DNA of 64,000 nt from Sphingobacteriales bacterium (GTDB taxonomy: Bacteria; Bacteroidota; Bacteroidia; Sphingobacteriales; Sphingobacteriaceae), in contig JBBSQW010000011.1 of the NCBI GenBank assembly GCA_038243635.1, positions 28,914 to 92,913 of the forward strand. Reading direction: 5' to 3'. Below are positions 10,998 to 19,731 of the stretch, piece after piece. The stretch's first letter is position 1. Every line of letters begins with the position of its first letter. A program made the translations under genes and the position numbers. The notes below the pieces were generated by a model. That model was given only the letters and a program-made list of their open reading frames with translations, had not been told where the DNA came from and ran no database searches.

Positions 10998-11795
10998 ACA
11001 ATTTAAAAATAAAGTTAATTAGTAATTAGTGTTAATTATTACTAAATATACCACCTCCTACATGTTAAAAACAAATTAATATTTAACATTTTTTAACAAA
11101 ATAGGCTAAAATACTGATAAACAGACCATTAAAAAATTAATAAAGAATTAAGTGTTTTATATCATTTTTGTTACGAAAGACGCCGTCTGCTTTACGATAA
11201 ACACAACAATAATGCATTTTTGTTAAAAATATTTCAATATTAACAATTTTACTATGCTAACATAGTAAAATTTTAAACCTATTATTGATTTTGCTCATTC
11301 AAACCTAATTACCTGTTTATTGAATTTATTACTCAATTAATTTTAAAAAGTTAAAATAGATTTGAACTAGTTGTTCTGAGACAATCTCACCAAAAACCAC
11401 ATTTTTCCAAAATTTCATTTATCACTGATGCCTGAAATCGATTTACAACATAGCTAATAATTCAGCTACCCGAATTTGTTTTAATATAATGTGAGCACTT
11501 GCGGATATCTAAATCCACCTCTACTAAACGTTGGAGAAATTCCGGCTAGGGATCTTCAATTAGGAAACTTAAAAACAGCAAAGACCAAAAGATCAAAAAC
11601 TACAAGGCTTTTTGAGGATTGTTAAAACCAAATGCTTTGCCGAAAATAAGTGCGTTTAATATTCCTGAAAAATAATTCTAAAAAAATAAACTCAAAAACG
11701 GCATTCAAGATATATTATTCGCCGTTTTCCTATAAATCAGTAAAAAATAAACGAGTTTTATAGTACTATGTATAACATAATACCAACTAATACAT

Positions 11796-11803
11796 ATATC
11801 TTT
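11796..11803 (+). promoter_or_regulatory. Candidate Bacteroidota-type -7 promoter box (TAnnTTTG) for PadR gene
   Basis: tatctttg immediately upstream of PadR ORF; real PadR start likely the second Met (MRKGILEYC, ~11836), which would give a ~25-nt leader. Confidence 0.25.
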
Positions 11804-11808
11804 GCTAT

Positions 11809-12156
11809 ATGTTAGCAGATAATACTCAAACACAAATGAGGAAAGGTATTTTAGAATACTGCATTCTCTCCATCATATCTAGAGGCGAAATTTACGCTTC
11901 GGATATTATAGAAGAACTAAAGGAAGCAAGACTATTAATTGTTGAAGGCACTTTATACCCACTTCTAACTCGATTAAAAAATAACGGTCTGCTGGTTTAC
12001 AATTGGCAAGAATCCACCTCGGGTCCGCCACGAAAATATTATGAGCTTTCTGAAAGCGGGAAAGAAGTTCTTTTAAAACTAGACCAAACTTGGCAAGATT
12101 TAGCTTACGCAGTCCAAAACAGCATCAATAAAAGAGATTTATCATCAAACAAATAA
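11809..12156 (+). CDS. PadR-family transcriptional regulator
   Basis: 115 aa; GILEYCILSII...GEIYASDIIEEL...EGTLYPLLTRLKNNGLL winged-helix PadR signature. Confidence 0.85.
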   Translation: MLADNTQTQMRKGILEYCILSIISRGEIYASDIIEELKEARLLIVEGTLYPLLTRLKNNGLLVYNWQESTSGPPRKYYELSESGKEVLLKLDQTWQDLAYAVQNSINKRDLSSNK

Positions 12157-12166
12157 GACTAAAATC

Positions 12167-13813
12167 ATGAACAAAACCATAATCATAAACATATCTGGGG
12201 TAATTTTCCATATAGAAGAAGACGCCTACCAGCTTTTAAAAAGCTACATGGACGATATTAAAAGACACTTTGGCAACTATAAAGACAGTTTTGAAATTGT
12301 AAGCGATATAGAAGGTAGGGTTGCAGAAATGTTTTCTGAACAATTATTGGCAGACAAAAAGCAAGTGATTGTAATCGCTGACGTTACCCAAGTAACTACA
12401 AGGATGGGAAAACCTGCTGATTTTGAACCAGACGATAACGAAAATGAGTACACAGATTCTAACGAACCGACAGCTTCAACAAAAAAACTTTTTAGAGACA
12501 CAGAAGATCGATTTATAGGTGGTGTTTGTTCCGGTATTGGCCATTATTTTAGTATCGAAGCTAAGTGGGTTCGTGTTTCGTTTATCGTATTGCTGATTTT
12601 TGCCGGATTTGGTGTTTTGCCTTATGTATTGCTTTGGATTGTGATGCCAAGAGCTATAACCCGAGCAGAGAAAATGGAAATGAAGGGTGAAAAAATCAAC
12701 TTACAATCCTTCCAAAAAAATATTGAAGACGAATTGAATGCGGTAAAAGCAAATTTTAAAAACGTAAGAGAAAATGCGCCAACAATCGATAAAATCATCG
12801 GTTTTATTAGGGAAGCTTTTAATAAACTAATCTCGGTTTTAGGCGTAACGGGTAGAGTGACCATCAAGTTTTTTGCAATTGCTTTCATACTCATTTTGGG
12901 AATTTTGTTAACGGTTGCATTTGTTTTTCTAATGATTTTTTTAGGCTACACAGGTAGCGCAGAAGTTGAAACTATGTTTCCTTTAAATATGATAAACGAA
13001 GGGTTGCGACCAATTTTACTTACTTGTGCTTTTTTGGTCGCTGTGATCCCGTTAATATCATTGATATTTATTTTGTTACGGTTAGTTTTCAACAGCAGAA
13101 CAATATCCAAGAACATTACATATGGTTTAGCGGCGATATGGATTCTGGCTATCGCTACTGGAACTTTCTTTATTGCAAAAATCTCTACAGACTTTAAACA
13201 GGAAGCAAGCTATAGCGAAACTATAAACTTGAAGGCAAATGCCGCTAATACTTATATTTTACGTTTGGGAGATGAGCGAACAATACAAGAAAATTTTTAT
13301 GGTGATAGCACCAGTAGTAGAATAATAAAAATTAGTGGAAGTGATGCCGATTTTGACACGCCGGATGATTTAGATTTTGATTTGAAAGTAGCAGAAGGTG
13401 ACTTGCCTACTCTATCTAAAACTTATGCCGCCCGCGGACGTAATTTTAACCAGGCTTTAAAGAATGCTCACAAAATTGATTATTACTATCGCCAAAAAGA
13501 TTCTGTTTTAACTTTCGATTACCATTATGGTTTAAAAGACAAAAGCTTGTGGAGAAGTCAAAAAGTGGATATCAAACTGCACATTCCTGTAAATAGCAAT
13601 TTATTGATAGAAAAGCGATTAGCTGAGCGACTTTTTAGATACGAACTTGACGATTGCATAGATGAGGATGCTAATGACGATAGTTTGATTGCAATAACGG
13701 TTACCAAAAATGGTTTTTCTTGTAAGAAAACTGCCGACGCAATAAAAGAGCAAAAAAATTACAACAGCCGTAAAGATGTTCAAGAGGACGTTAGCGGCAC
13801 AGTGATATTCTAA
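12167..13813 (+). CDS. PspC-domain membrane protein (PadR-associated)
   Basis: 548 aa; DRFIGGVCSGIGHYFSIEAKWVRVSFIVLLIFAGFGVLPYVLLWIVMP is a canonical PspC domain; several TM helices; 10 nt downstream of PadR gene. Confidence 0.8.
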   Translation: MNKTIIINISGVIFHIEEDAYQLLKSYMDDIKRHFGNYKDSFEIVSDIEGRVAEMFSEQLLADKKQVIVIADVTQVTTRMGKPADFEPDDNENEYTDSNEPTASTKKLFRDTEDRFIGGVCSGIGHYFSIEAKWVRVSFIVLLIFAGFGVLPYVLLWIVMPRAITRAEKMEMKGEKINLQSFQKNIEDELNAVKANFKNVRENAPTIDKIIGFIREAFNKLISVLGVTGRVTIKFFAIAFILILGILLTVAFVFLMIFLGYTGSAEVETMFPLNMINEGLRPILLTCAFLVAVIPLISLIFILLRLVFNSRTISKNITYGLAAIWILAIATGTFFIAKISTDFKQEASYSETINLKANAANTYILRLGDERTIQENFYGDSTSSRIIKISGSDADFDTPDDLDFDLKVAEGDLPTLSKTYAARGRNFNQALKNAHKIDYYYRQKDSVLTFDYHYGLKDKSLWRSQKVDIKLHIPVNSNLLIEKRLAERLFRYELDDCIDEDANDDSLIAITVTKNGFSCKKTADAIKEQKNYNSRKDVQEDVSGTVIF

Positions 13814-14043
13814 TAACTATTATGTGTATATAATAGCCCAACAGTCACCACATAGATTTAAAGTTCTTGTTTGTGAAGACGAAGCATGTTTTTTTAGTTC
13901 GCATAGCGTTTCGCCTTGCGGAACATAACTATGTCTCCTACTTCTTTCTCAAAAAACTAAGTACCTAGGCGGCCTTCAATAATCAACGTCAGACTATTGA
14001 GTAAATATAATCGATGTAATTTCCAGATTTCTAAAAACAGGAC

Positions 14044-14077
14044 ATAAAAAAAGCAAGTCGGTTTGACTTGCTTTTCT
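14044..14077. terminator. Bidirectional Rho-independent terminator (carB / PspC-domain gene)
   Basis: aaaaaaa-AAGCAAGTC-ggttt-GACTTGCTT-ttct: 9-bp stem, A-run upstream and T-run downstream; lies between convergent genes. Confidence 0.7.
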
Positions 14078-14112
14078 ATTTAATATGGTTTTAAGCTTTT
14101 CGCTTCTAAAAA

Positions 14113-16929
14113 TTACTTACTCAAATACATCGATTTCTCTCTGGATAGTTGGATAAAGTATGGGTCTTCTAAATCTTTAATGAAACGAATGGCTTCACCA
14201 GTTGATTTCATCTCCGGACCTAATTCTTTCTGAATTTCAGGGAATTTATTATGAGAAAAAACGGGTTCTTTAATGGCATAACCTTCTAGCTTTCTTACGA
14301 TGGTAAAGTCTTTCAATTTTTTAGTGCCTAACATTACCTTAGTTGCAATGTTGATATAAGCCACACCGTAAGCTTTCGCGATAAATGGAACTGTACGAGA
14401 AGCTCTTGGATTTGCCTCGATAACGTAAACATCTTCTCCTTTAATCGCAAACTGCATATTCATCAACCCACGAATGTTCAATGCTCTCGCAATTTTCTCC
14501 GTGTATTGCTCCATCTTTTTAATAACTGCTGCTGATAAACTGAAGGTAGGCAGCACAGCGTTTGAATCTCCAGAGTGAATTCCCGCTGGCTCTATGTGTT
14601 CCATTAAACCGATGATATGCACCTCATCACCATCAAAAATACAGTCAGATTCAGCTTCTTCTGCTCTATCCAAGAAATGATCAATTAACACACGGTTACC
14701 GGGCAAATCTCCTAAAAGTTTTACTACTGCGGTTTCTAAATCTTCATCATTAATTACAATGCTCATTCCTTGTCCACCTAAAACGTAAGACGGGCGAACC
14801 AGCACCGGGTAACCAACTTCCTTAGCTACCGCGATAGCTTCTTCGGCACTTTCCGCAACGCCATATTTAGGGTAAGGGATGCCTAATTCTTTCAATAAGT
14901 CAGAGAAACTTCCACGGTCTTCAGCAAGATCCATGTTCTCGAAACTAGTTCCGATAATTTTAATTCCTTTTTCATGAAGTTTTTCAGCCATTTTTAAAGC
15001 CGTTTGACCACCAAGCTGAACAATTACTCCTTCTGGTTGCTCTAGCTCAATAATTTCACGTACATGTTCCCAAAAAACTGGCTCAAAATATAATTTGTCT
15101 GCCATGTTAAAATCTGTAGAAACCGTTTCTGGATTGCAGTTAATCATGATAGCCTCGTATCCTTCTTCATGAGCAGCAATTAAACCGTGTACACAAGAAT
15201 AATCAAACTCAATTCCTTGTCCAATTCTATTTGGGCCAGAACCTAAAACAACAACTTTTTTCTTTTTTGAAGGTATAGATTCGTTCTCGCCTTCGTAAGT
15301 AGAGTAGAAATAAGGGGTTTGTGCTGGAAATTCCGCAGCACAAGTATCCACCATTTTATATACTCGATTAATGCCTAAAACTTTCCTACGGTCGTAAACT
15401 TCGTCTTCGGTTACGTTTCCTAATATCCAAGCAATTTGGACATCAGAAAAACCTTTTTGTTTAATGGTATAGAAGAAATCTTTAGGGATGTTATTTAAAG
15501 AATAACGCTTAAGCTCTTGTTCCAGAGCCGTCATATCTTGAATCTCGTTCAAAAACCATTTATCAATTTTAGTAACTTTACGGATGGACTCTAAAGGAAC
15601 GCCCATACGCATCGCATCTTTTATGGCAAACAACCTGTCCCAACTTGGATGCTCCAACTTGTGCATGATGTCTTCAATGTTGCGGTTTTCTTTTCCGTCT
15701 GAACCTAAACCAGCTCTGCCAATTTCTAAAGACTGACAAGCTTTTTGTAAAGCTTCAATGAAAGAACGACCAATTCCCATTACCTCACCTACAGATTTCA
15801 TCTGTAAACCAAGTTCTGTGTTTGCGCCTTTAAATTTATCGAAATTCCAACGAGGGATTTTTACGATAACGTAGTCTAAAGTAGGTTCAAAATATGCGGA
15901 AGTAGTTTTTGTGATCTGATTTTCTAGTTCATCCAAGTTGTAACCGATGGCCAATTTAGCCGCGATTTTTGCAATTGGATAACCTGTTGCTTTTGAAGCT
16001 AAGGCTGATGAACGTGATACACGTGGGTTAATTTCGATAGCGATGATGCTTTCATCGGCTGGATTTACCGAAAACTGAACGTTACAACCACCTGCAAAAT
16101 TACCGATTGCTCGCATCATTTTAATAGCCTGGTTACGCATATCCTGGTAACAACGGTCAGACAAGGTCATTGCCGGCGCTACCGTGATTGAATCCCCAGT
16201 ATGGATTCCCATTGGGTCAAAATTCTCTATCGAGCAGATGATAATTACGTTGTCTTTATTGTCACGCAATAACTCTAACTCATATTCTTTCCAACCGATA
16301 ACCGCTTGTTCTACCAAAACCTCGTGAGTTGGTGAAGCAGTTAAACCATGAGAAAGTGCTGCGTCGAAATCTTCTTTTTTATGTACGAAACCACCACCGT
16401 AACCTCCTAATGTATAAGAAGGGCGAATTACCAATGGAAAACCAATTTCTTGTGCTGCTTCTTTACCTTCTAAAAAGGAGTTTGCAATTTTAGATTGCGC
16501 AACGCCAATACCTATATCAACCATTAATTGACGGAAAGCCTCGCGGTTTTCAGTTTTTTCAATCGCTGCGGTATCAACACCTATAATTTTTACACCGTAT
16601 TTTTCCCAAATTCCACGTTCTTCTGCTTCAATAGCTAAGTTTAAGGCAGTTTGGCCACCCATGGTTGGCAATACAGCATCAATCTGGCGTTCTTGTAAAA
16701 TCTCTTCTAAAGAAGCAACAGTTAAAGGCTTTAAGTAAATGTGGTCCGCAATTAGCTCATCCGTCATGATGGTTGCAGGGTTGGAATTGATGATCGAAAC
16801 TTCGATTCCTTCTTCTTTTAAAGATAAAGAAGCCTGAGAACCGGCATAATCAAATTCACAAGCCTGACCAATGATAATAGGTCCTGAACCGATGATTAAA
16901 ACTGATTTAATGGAAGTATTTTTTGGCAT
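14113..16929 (-). CDS. carB: Carbamoyl-phosphate synthase large subunit
   Basis: 938 aa; duplicated ATP-grasp halves, N-terminus MPKNTSIKSVLIIGSGPIIIGQACEFDYAGSQA, C-terminal MGS-like domain. Confidence 0.95.
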   Translation of the reverse strand: MPKNTSIKSVLIIGSGPIIIGQACEFDYAGSQASLSLKEEGIEVSIINSNPATIMTDELIADHIYLKPLTVASLEEILQERQIDAVLPTMGGQTALNLAIEAEERGIWEKYGVKIIGVDTAAIEKTENREAFRQLMVDIGIGVAQSKIANSFLEGKEAAQEIGFPLVIRPSYTLGGYGGGFVHKKEDFDAALSHGLTASPTHEVLVEQAVIGWKEYELELLRDNKDNVIIICSIENFDPMGIHTGDSITVAPAMTLSDRCYQDMRNQAIKMMRAIGNFAGGCNVQFSVNPADESIIAIEINPRVSRSSALASKATGYPIAKIAAKLAIGYNLDELENQITKTTSAYFEPTLDYVIVKIPRWNFDKFKGANTELGLQMKSVGEVMGIGRSFIEALQKACQSLEIGRAGLGSDGKENRNIEDIMHKLEHPSWDRLFAIKDAMRMGVPLESIRKVTKIDKWFLNEIQDMTALEQELKRYSLNNIPKDFFYTIKQKGFSDVQIAWILGNVTEDEVYDRRKVLGINRVYKMVDTCAAEFPAQTPYFYSTYEGENESIPSKKKKVVVLGSGPNRIGQGIEFDYSCVHGLIAAHEEGYEAIMINCNPETVSTDFNMADKLYFEPVFWEHVREIIELEQPEGVIVQLGGQTALKMAEKLHEKGIKIIGTSFENMDLAEDRGSFSDLLKELGIPYPKYGVAESAEEAIAVAKEVGYPVLVRPSYVLGGQGMSIVINDEDLETAVVKLLGDLPGNRVLIDHFLDRAEEAESDCIFDGDEVHIIGLMEHIEPAGIHSGDSNAVLPTFSLSAAVIKKMEQYTEKIARALNIRGLMNMQFAIKGEDVYVIEANPRASRTVPFIAKAYGVAYINIATKVMLGTKKLKDFTIVRKLEGYAIKEPVFSHNKFPEIQKELGPEMKSTGEAIRFIKDLEDPYFIQLSREKSMYLSK

Positions 16930-16960
16930 GGCGTAGTTTTAAGGGGATTTTACGCTTTGT

Positions 16961-16994
16961 AATAAAACAAAAATCCCGAATGCTTGTTCGGGAT
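16961..16994 (-). terminator. Terminator-like hairpin plus U-tract in carB 5' leader (candidate attenuator)
   Basis: On minus strand: CATCCCGAA-caagca-TTCGGGAT followed by TTTTGTTTTATT, ending ~32 nt upstream of carB ATG. No upstream minus-strand gene nearby that it would terminate. Confidence 0.5.
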
Positions 16995-17306
16995 GCAAAG
17001 GTAGGAAATGTAAACTTTTATTTAGAATAAATTTTAGAATTTCTTGATTTTGATATCGGAGGATGATGGATTTGTAAGTTCTATGTTTAAAGAGCTCTTC
17101 TTTTGGGCGTTCCCGCAGAAAAAAGTGGTTAGGTTACTCGTTGCAAATACTCTCCAGCACCTATCTGAGGTGATTTTTTTAAGTGAGCCAAAAGCTTTGC
17201 TTTGGAACTATCCGTAATGTGGCTTCCGTATATTAAAAAAGGTCGTTAAAAACAGAAGTTTGAATTACAACTTCAAACACGTATTTTTAAATAAAAAACA
17301 CGTATC

Positions 17307-17548
17307 ATGAGCACAAAACTAACTTTGACAGCAAAAAATCTGTCATTGAACGGGCTAAGTCTTACGCTAAAAGCACAGGAAGAAGTTTGTCAGAAATAAT
17401 AGAAAACTACCTTACAACGCTTACACAAGAAACTTCCGTCTATGAATTATCTCCAAAATTAAAAAGAATAGTGGGTGTAGTAAATCTACCTGCGGACTTT
17501 GATGAGAAACAAGAACTAAGATCAGTTCTAGAAAGAAAGCACTTATGA
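17307..17548 (+). pseudogene. VapB/DUF6364-like antitoxin, apparent frameshift near 5' end
   Basis: ATG at 17307 gives MSTKLTLT... then stops after 30 codons. The +2 frame from ~17325 reads FDSKKSVIERAKSYAKSTGRSLSEIIENYL...LPADFDEKQELRSVLERKHL but has no start codon. Frames switch within an A6 run. Likely a 1-bp indel (authentic or sequencing error). Confidence 0.5.
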
Positions 17549-17555
17549 TGATTTT

Positions 17556-17948
17556 TTGGACACCAATATAATTATCGATTTGATTGCTGATAGAAAGCCT
17601 TTCAGCAAACATGCCATCCAGATTTTTCAAAAAGCAGAAGAAGGAAATTTAAAACTTTTCACTTCTTCTCATTCCATTGCTACAACCCATTACCTATTGA
17701 AAAAATACGTGGAGGAGAAGGATTTAAGGAACGTATTATACAATCTTTTAGAATATGTTAGCGTAGTTGCTGTTGATATATTAAAAAAAGGATTACGCTC
17801 TAACTATAAAGGTTTTGAAGATTCGATTCAAATCTTTTGCGCATCATCCGTAGAAAACATTAACGCCATTATTACCAGAAATGTAAAAGACTTTAAAGGA
17901 AGCGAGATAAAGGTTATGACACCTGACGAGTTAACTTTAAGTTTTTAA
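17556..17948 (+). CDS. PIN-domain toxin (VapC-like), TTG start
   Basis: 130 aa; N-terminal LDTNIIIDL (PIN motif with Asp), conserved acidic residues; overlaps end of antitoxin frame. Confidence 0.75.
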   Translation: MDTNIIIDLIADRKPFSKHAIQIFQKAEEGNLKLFTSSHSIATTHYLLKKYVEEKDLRNVLYNLLEYVSVVAVDILKKGLRSNYKGFEDSIQIFCASSVENINAIITRNVKDFKGSEIKVMTPDELTLSF

Positions 17949-17977
17949 ACCAACTCACGATTTCGCATTATGGTAAT

Positions 17978-18079
17978 TCATTGTGATTGGTCGCACCAAA
18001 GAATACGAATATGGTTGGCCATAATTACGTAGCCATAAAGCCAAATGCATTCATCTAACAAAAGTTTCAAATTAAATCC
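17978..18079 (-). pseudogene. Truncated RAYT (REP-associated tyrosine transposase) remnant
   Basis: Minus-strand translation FNLKLLLDECIWLYGYVIMANHIRILWCDQSQ* aligns with RAYT residues ...SLRFLVAEKRIWVYGYVIMPNHSHILW of the intact gene at 18605-19114. HuH motif degenerate (HIR). N-terminal side replaced by a REP copy at 18079-18105. Confidence 0.55.
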
Positions 18080-18606
18080 TACCTGTGGTCAGTGCTTTCA
18101 CCACCTAATGTAGCTTCCGTTTGAACATCTGACTTCGTTGCCTCAACCTACAGGCATTTCATGGTGTGAGGCTCTCTTTTGTATTTGAAAAACACTAAAT
18201 AGTGATTTTATCCGGAATATGTACCGTTAACTTAAATTCCGTCATAACTTTCAAAAGAAGCGAAAGTTTATTGTACGTAAAGAACATTCAAAGTTTTTTA
18301 CCTGTGGTCGGTGTTATCACCGCACCACCTATGTGTTCCATGTATTTAGTAAGCAGTGAATCAGCAACGTTTTCACCTGTGGTCGGTGTGATCACCGCAC
18401 CACCTATGTGTTTCATGTATTTAGTAAGCAGTGAATCAGCAACTTTAGTGGTATGGTGATAACACCAACCACCGGGAGCGAACTAATTACTCGTGATGAT
18501 TCACCTGTGGTCGGGTTATCACCGCACCACCTATGTGTTCCATGTATTTAGTAAGCATTGAGTCAGCAACGTTTTTACCTGTGGTCGGTGTGCTCACCGC
18601 ACCACT
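18079..18606. repeat. REP/REPIN array, 3' side of RAYT
   Basis: Degenerate REP at 18079-18105; composite units (REP acctgtggtcggtgttatcaccgcaccacc + 45-nt tail tatgtgttccatgtatttagtaagcagtgaatcagcaacgtttt) at 18300-18374, 18375-18446, 18503-18576 and partial 18577-18606; inverted REP agtggtatggtgataacaccaaccaccggg at 18447-18476. REP core is a GGTG-TTAT-CACC hairpin. Confidence 0.85.
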
Positions 18607-19114
18607 ATATATGATCCATATAGTGAGTAATCAAAGGATCTGGAATATTTAAAATGTAATACTTGGCAGAAGAGAAATGATATTCTTCAGGCAAACTACA
18701 TAATTCTTTTTTAACAGGGTTATAATGAATGTAGTCGAGCTTTTGCTCTAATATTTCACGAGAAAACATTGTTGCTTTGTATGGTCGCCTTTCCCAAAAA
18801 TGATATAATCTATCCGCTTGAGTGCTTCTATAATTCTCAAGTTCAAGCGGGTGATGCTGGAGCATGTTAAACTTGATTTGCTGGGCTGTAAATTTAAGGA
18901 ACTGTTGCTGGACATTCTTTTCTACCCATTCATCTTGTTTCCTCCATAGAATATGACTGTGGTTTGGCATAATTACATACCCATAAACCCAAATCCGTTT
19001 TTCAGCAACTAAAAATCTCAAACTGTCCAGTACTATCTCCTTGTGTTTTGGCCAAGCCAGAAGAGTTTGCCAGTTAAGACAGGTTGCGGTAAAGAATTCT
19101 AAACCATTGGACAT
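18605..19114 (-). CDS. REP-associated tyrosine transposase (RAYT; IS200/IS605-like HuH Y1 transposase)
   Basis: 169 aa; HuH-type motif MPNHSHIL, C-terminal tyrosine region (SSAKYYILN), size typical of TnpA_REP; flanked on both sides by REP arrays; 3' end overlaps a REP copy. Confidence 0.8.
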   Translation of the reverse strand: MSNGLEFFTATCLNWQTLLAWPKHKEIVLDSLRFLVAEKRIWVYGYVIMPNHSHILWRKQDEWVEKNVQQQFLKFTAQQIKFNMLQHHPLELENYRSTQADRLYHFWERRPYKATMFSREILEQKLDYIHYNPVKKELCSLPEEYHFSSAKYYILNIPDPLITHYMDHI

Positions 19115-19136
19115 AAGTTAAATATAAAAAGAAAAT

Positions 19137-19640
19137 TGGTATGGTTATAACACCAACTGAAAAAAAATCGGTATCAAGAGTGGTGTGATGATAACACCAA
19201 CCACAGGATAAAATATAAAAAGAATAGCGGTATATCTGTAGTGGTTTGGTGATAACACCAACCCTGAAGAGTTATCACTAAGTTTTTAAAATTTGCGATA
19301 AAGCATACGAGCGGATTTCACCTCCATGTTTTGGCTCCACCAGATTTCACTGTGGTCGGTGTTATCACCGCATTACCTATGTGTTCCATGTATTTAGTAA
19401 GCAGTGAATCAGCGACGTTTAGTGGTATGGTGATAACACCAACCACAGGGAAAATAACACCAAAAAAAACCTAATGGGCTGATGATAAAATTAGGGTAAA
19501 CCTGTGGCCGGTGTTATCAACGCACCTTACAGTAGGTTGTGTTCGATACTGAATTGTTGAATAAATTGTAGTGGTTTGGTGACAGAACCCGCAGAAAAAC
19601 TATGACCTATTGTAGTGGTTTGGCGATGACACCAACCACA
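19137..19640. repeat. REP/REPIN array, 5' side of RAYT
   Basis: Inverted-type REPs (gtggt.tggtgataacaccaaccac) at 19137-19159 (degenerate), 19179-19207, 19239-19266, 19421-19450, 19568-19590 (degenerate), 19612-19640; forward-type REP plus tail at 19348-19420 and REP at 19500-19527. Adjacent forward/inverted pairs form REPIN-like doublets. Confidence 0.85.
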
Positions 19641-19731
19641 TAAAAGAGATAAAACTTATTCGACTCAGACTTATTAAAACGGGTCGAATCTACTTGGTTT
19701 TGACTTTGTTGGATTAGTGTTAATTAAGCTC

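Noticed and set aside
17421-17630. Minus-strand ORF of 69 aa
   Set aside because: It overlaps the plus-strand antitoxin/PIN junction and has low-complexity composition. The TA genes explain the region.
18202-18459. ORF-track CDS of 85 aa on the plus strand
   Set aside because: It lies entirely within tandem REP units. The protein has internally repeated peptide (PVVGVITAPPMC twice), which comes from translating the repeats, so it is not a real gene.
18296-18606. Repeat-spacer-like periodicity (about 30-nt repeat, 45-nt intervening sequence) that could be mistaken for a CRISPR array
   Set aside because: The intervening 'spacers' are themselves near-identical copies (tatgtgttccatgtatttagtaagcagtgaatcagcaacgtttt). 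The repeats occur in both orientations, and no cas genes are present. This is consistent with REP/REPIN elements, not CRISPR.
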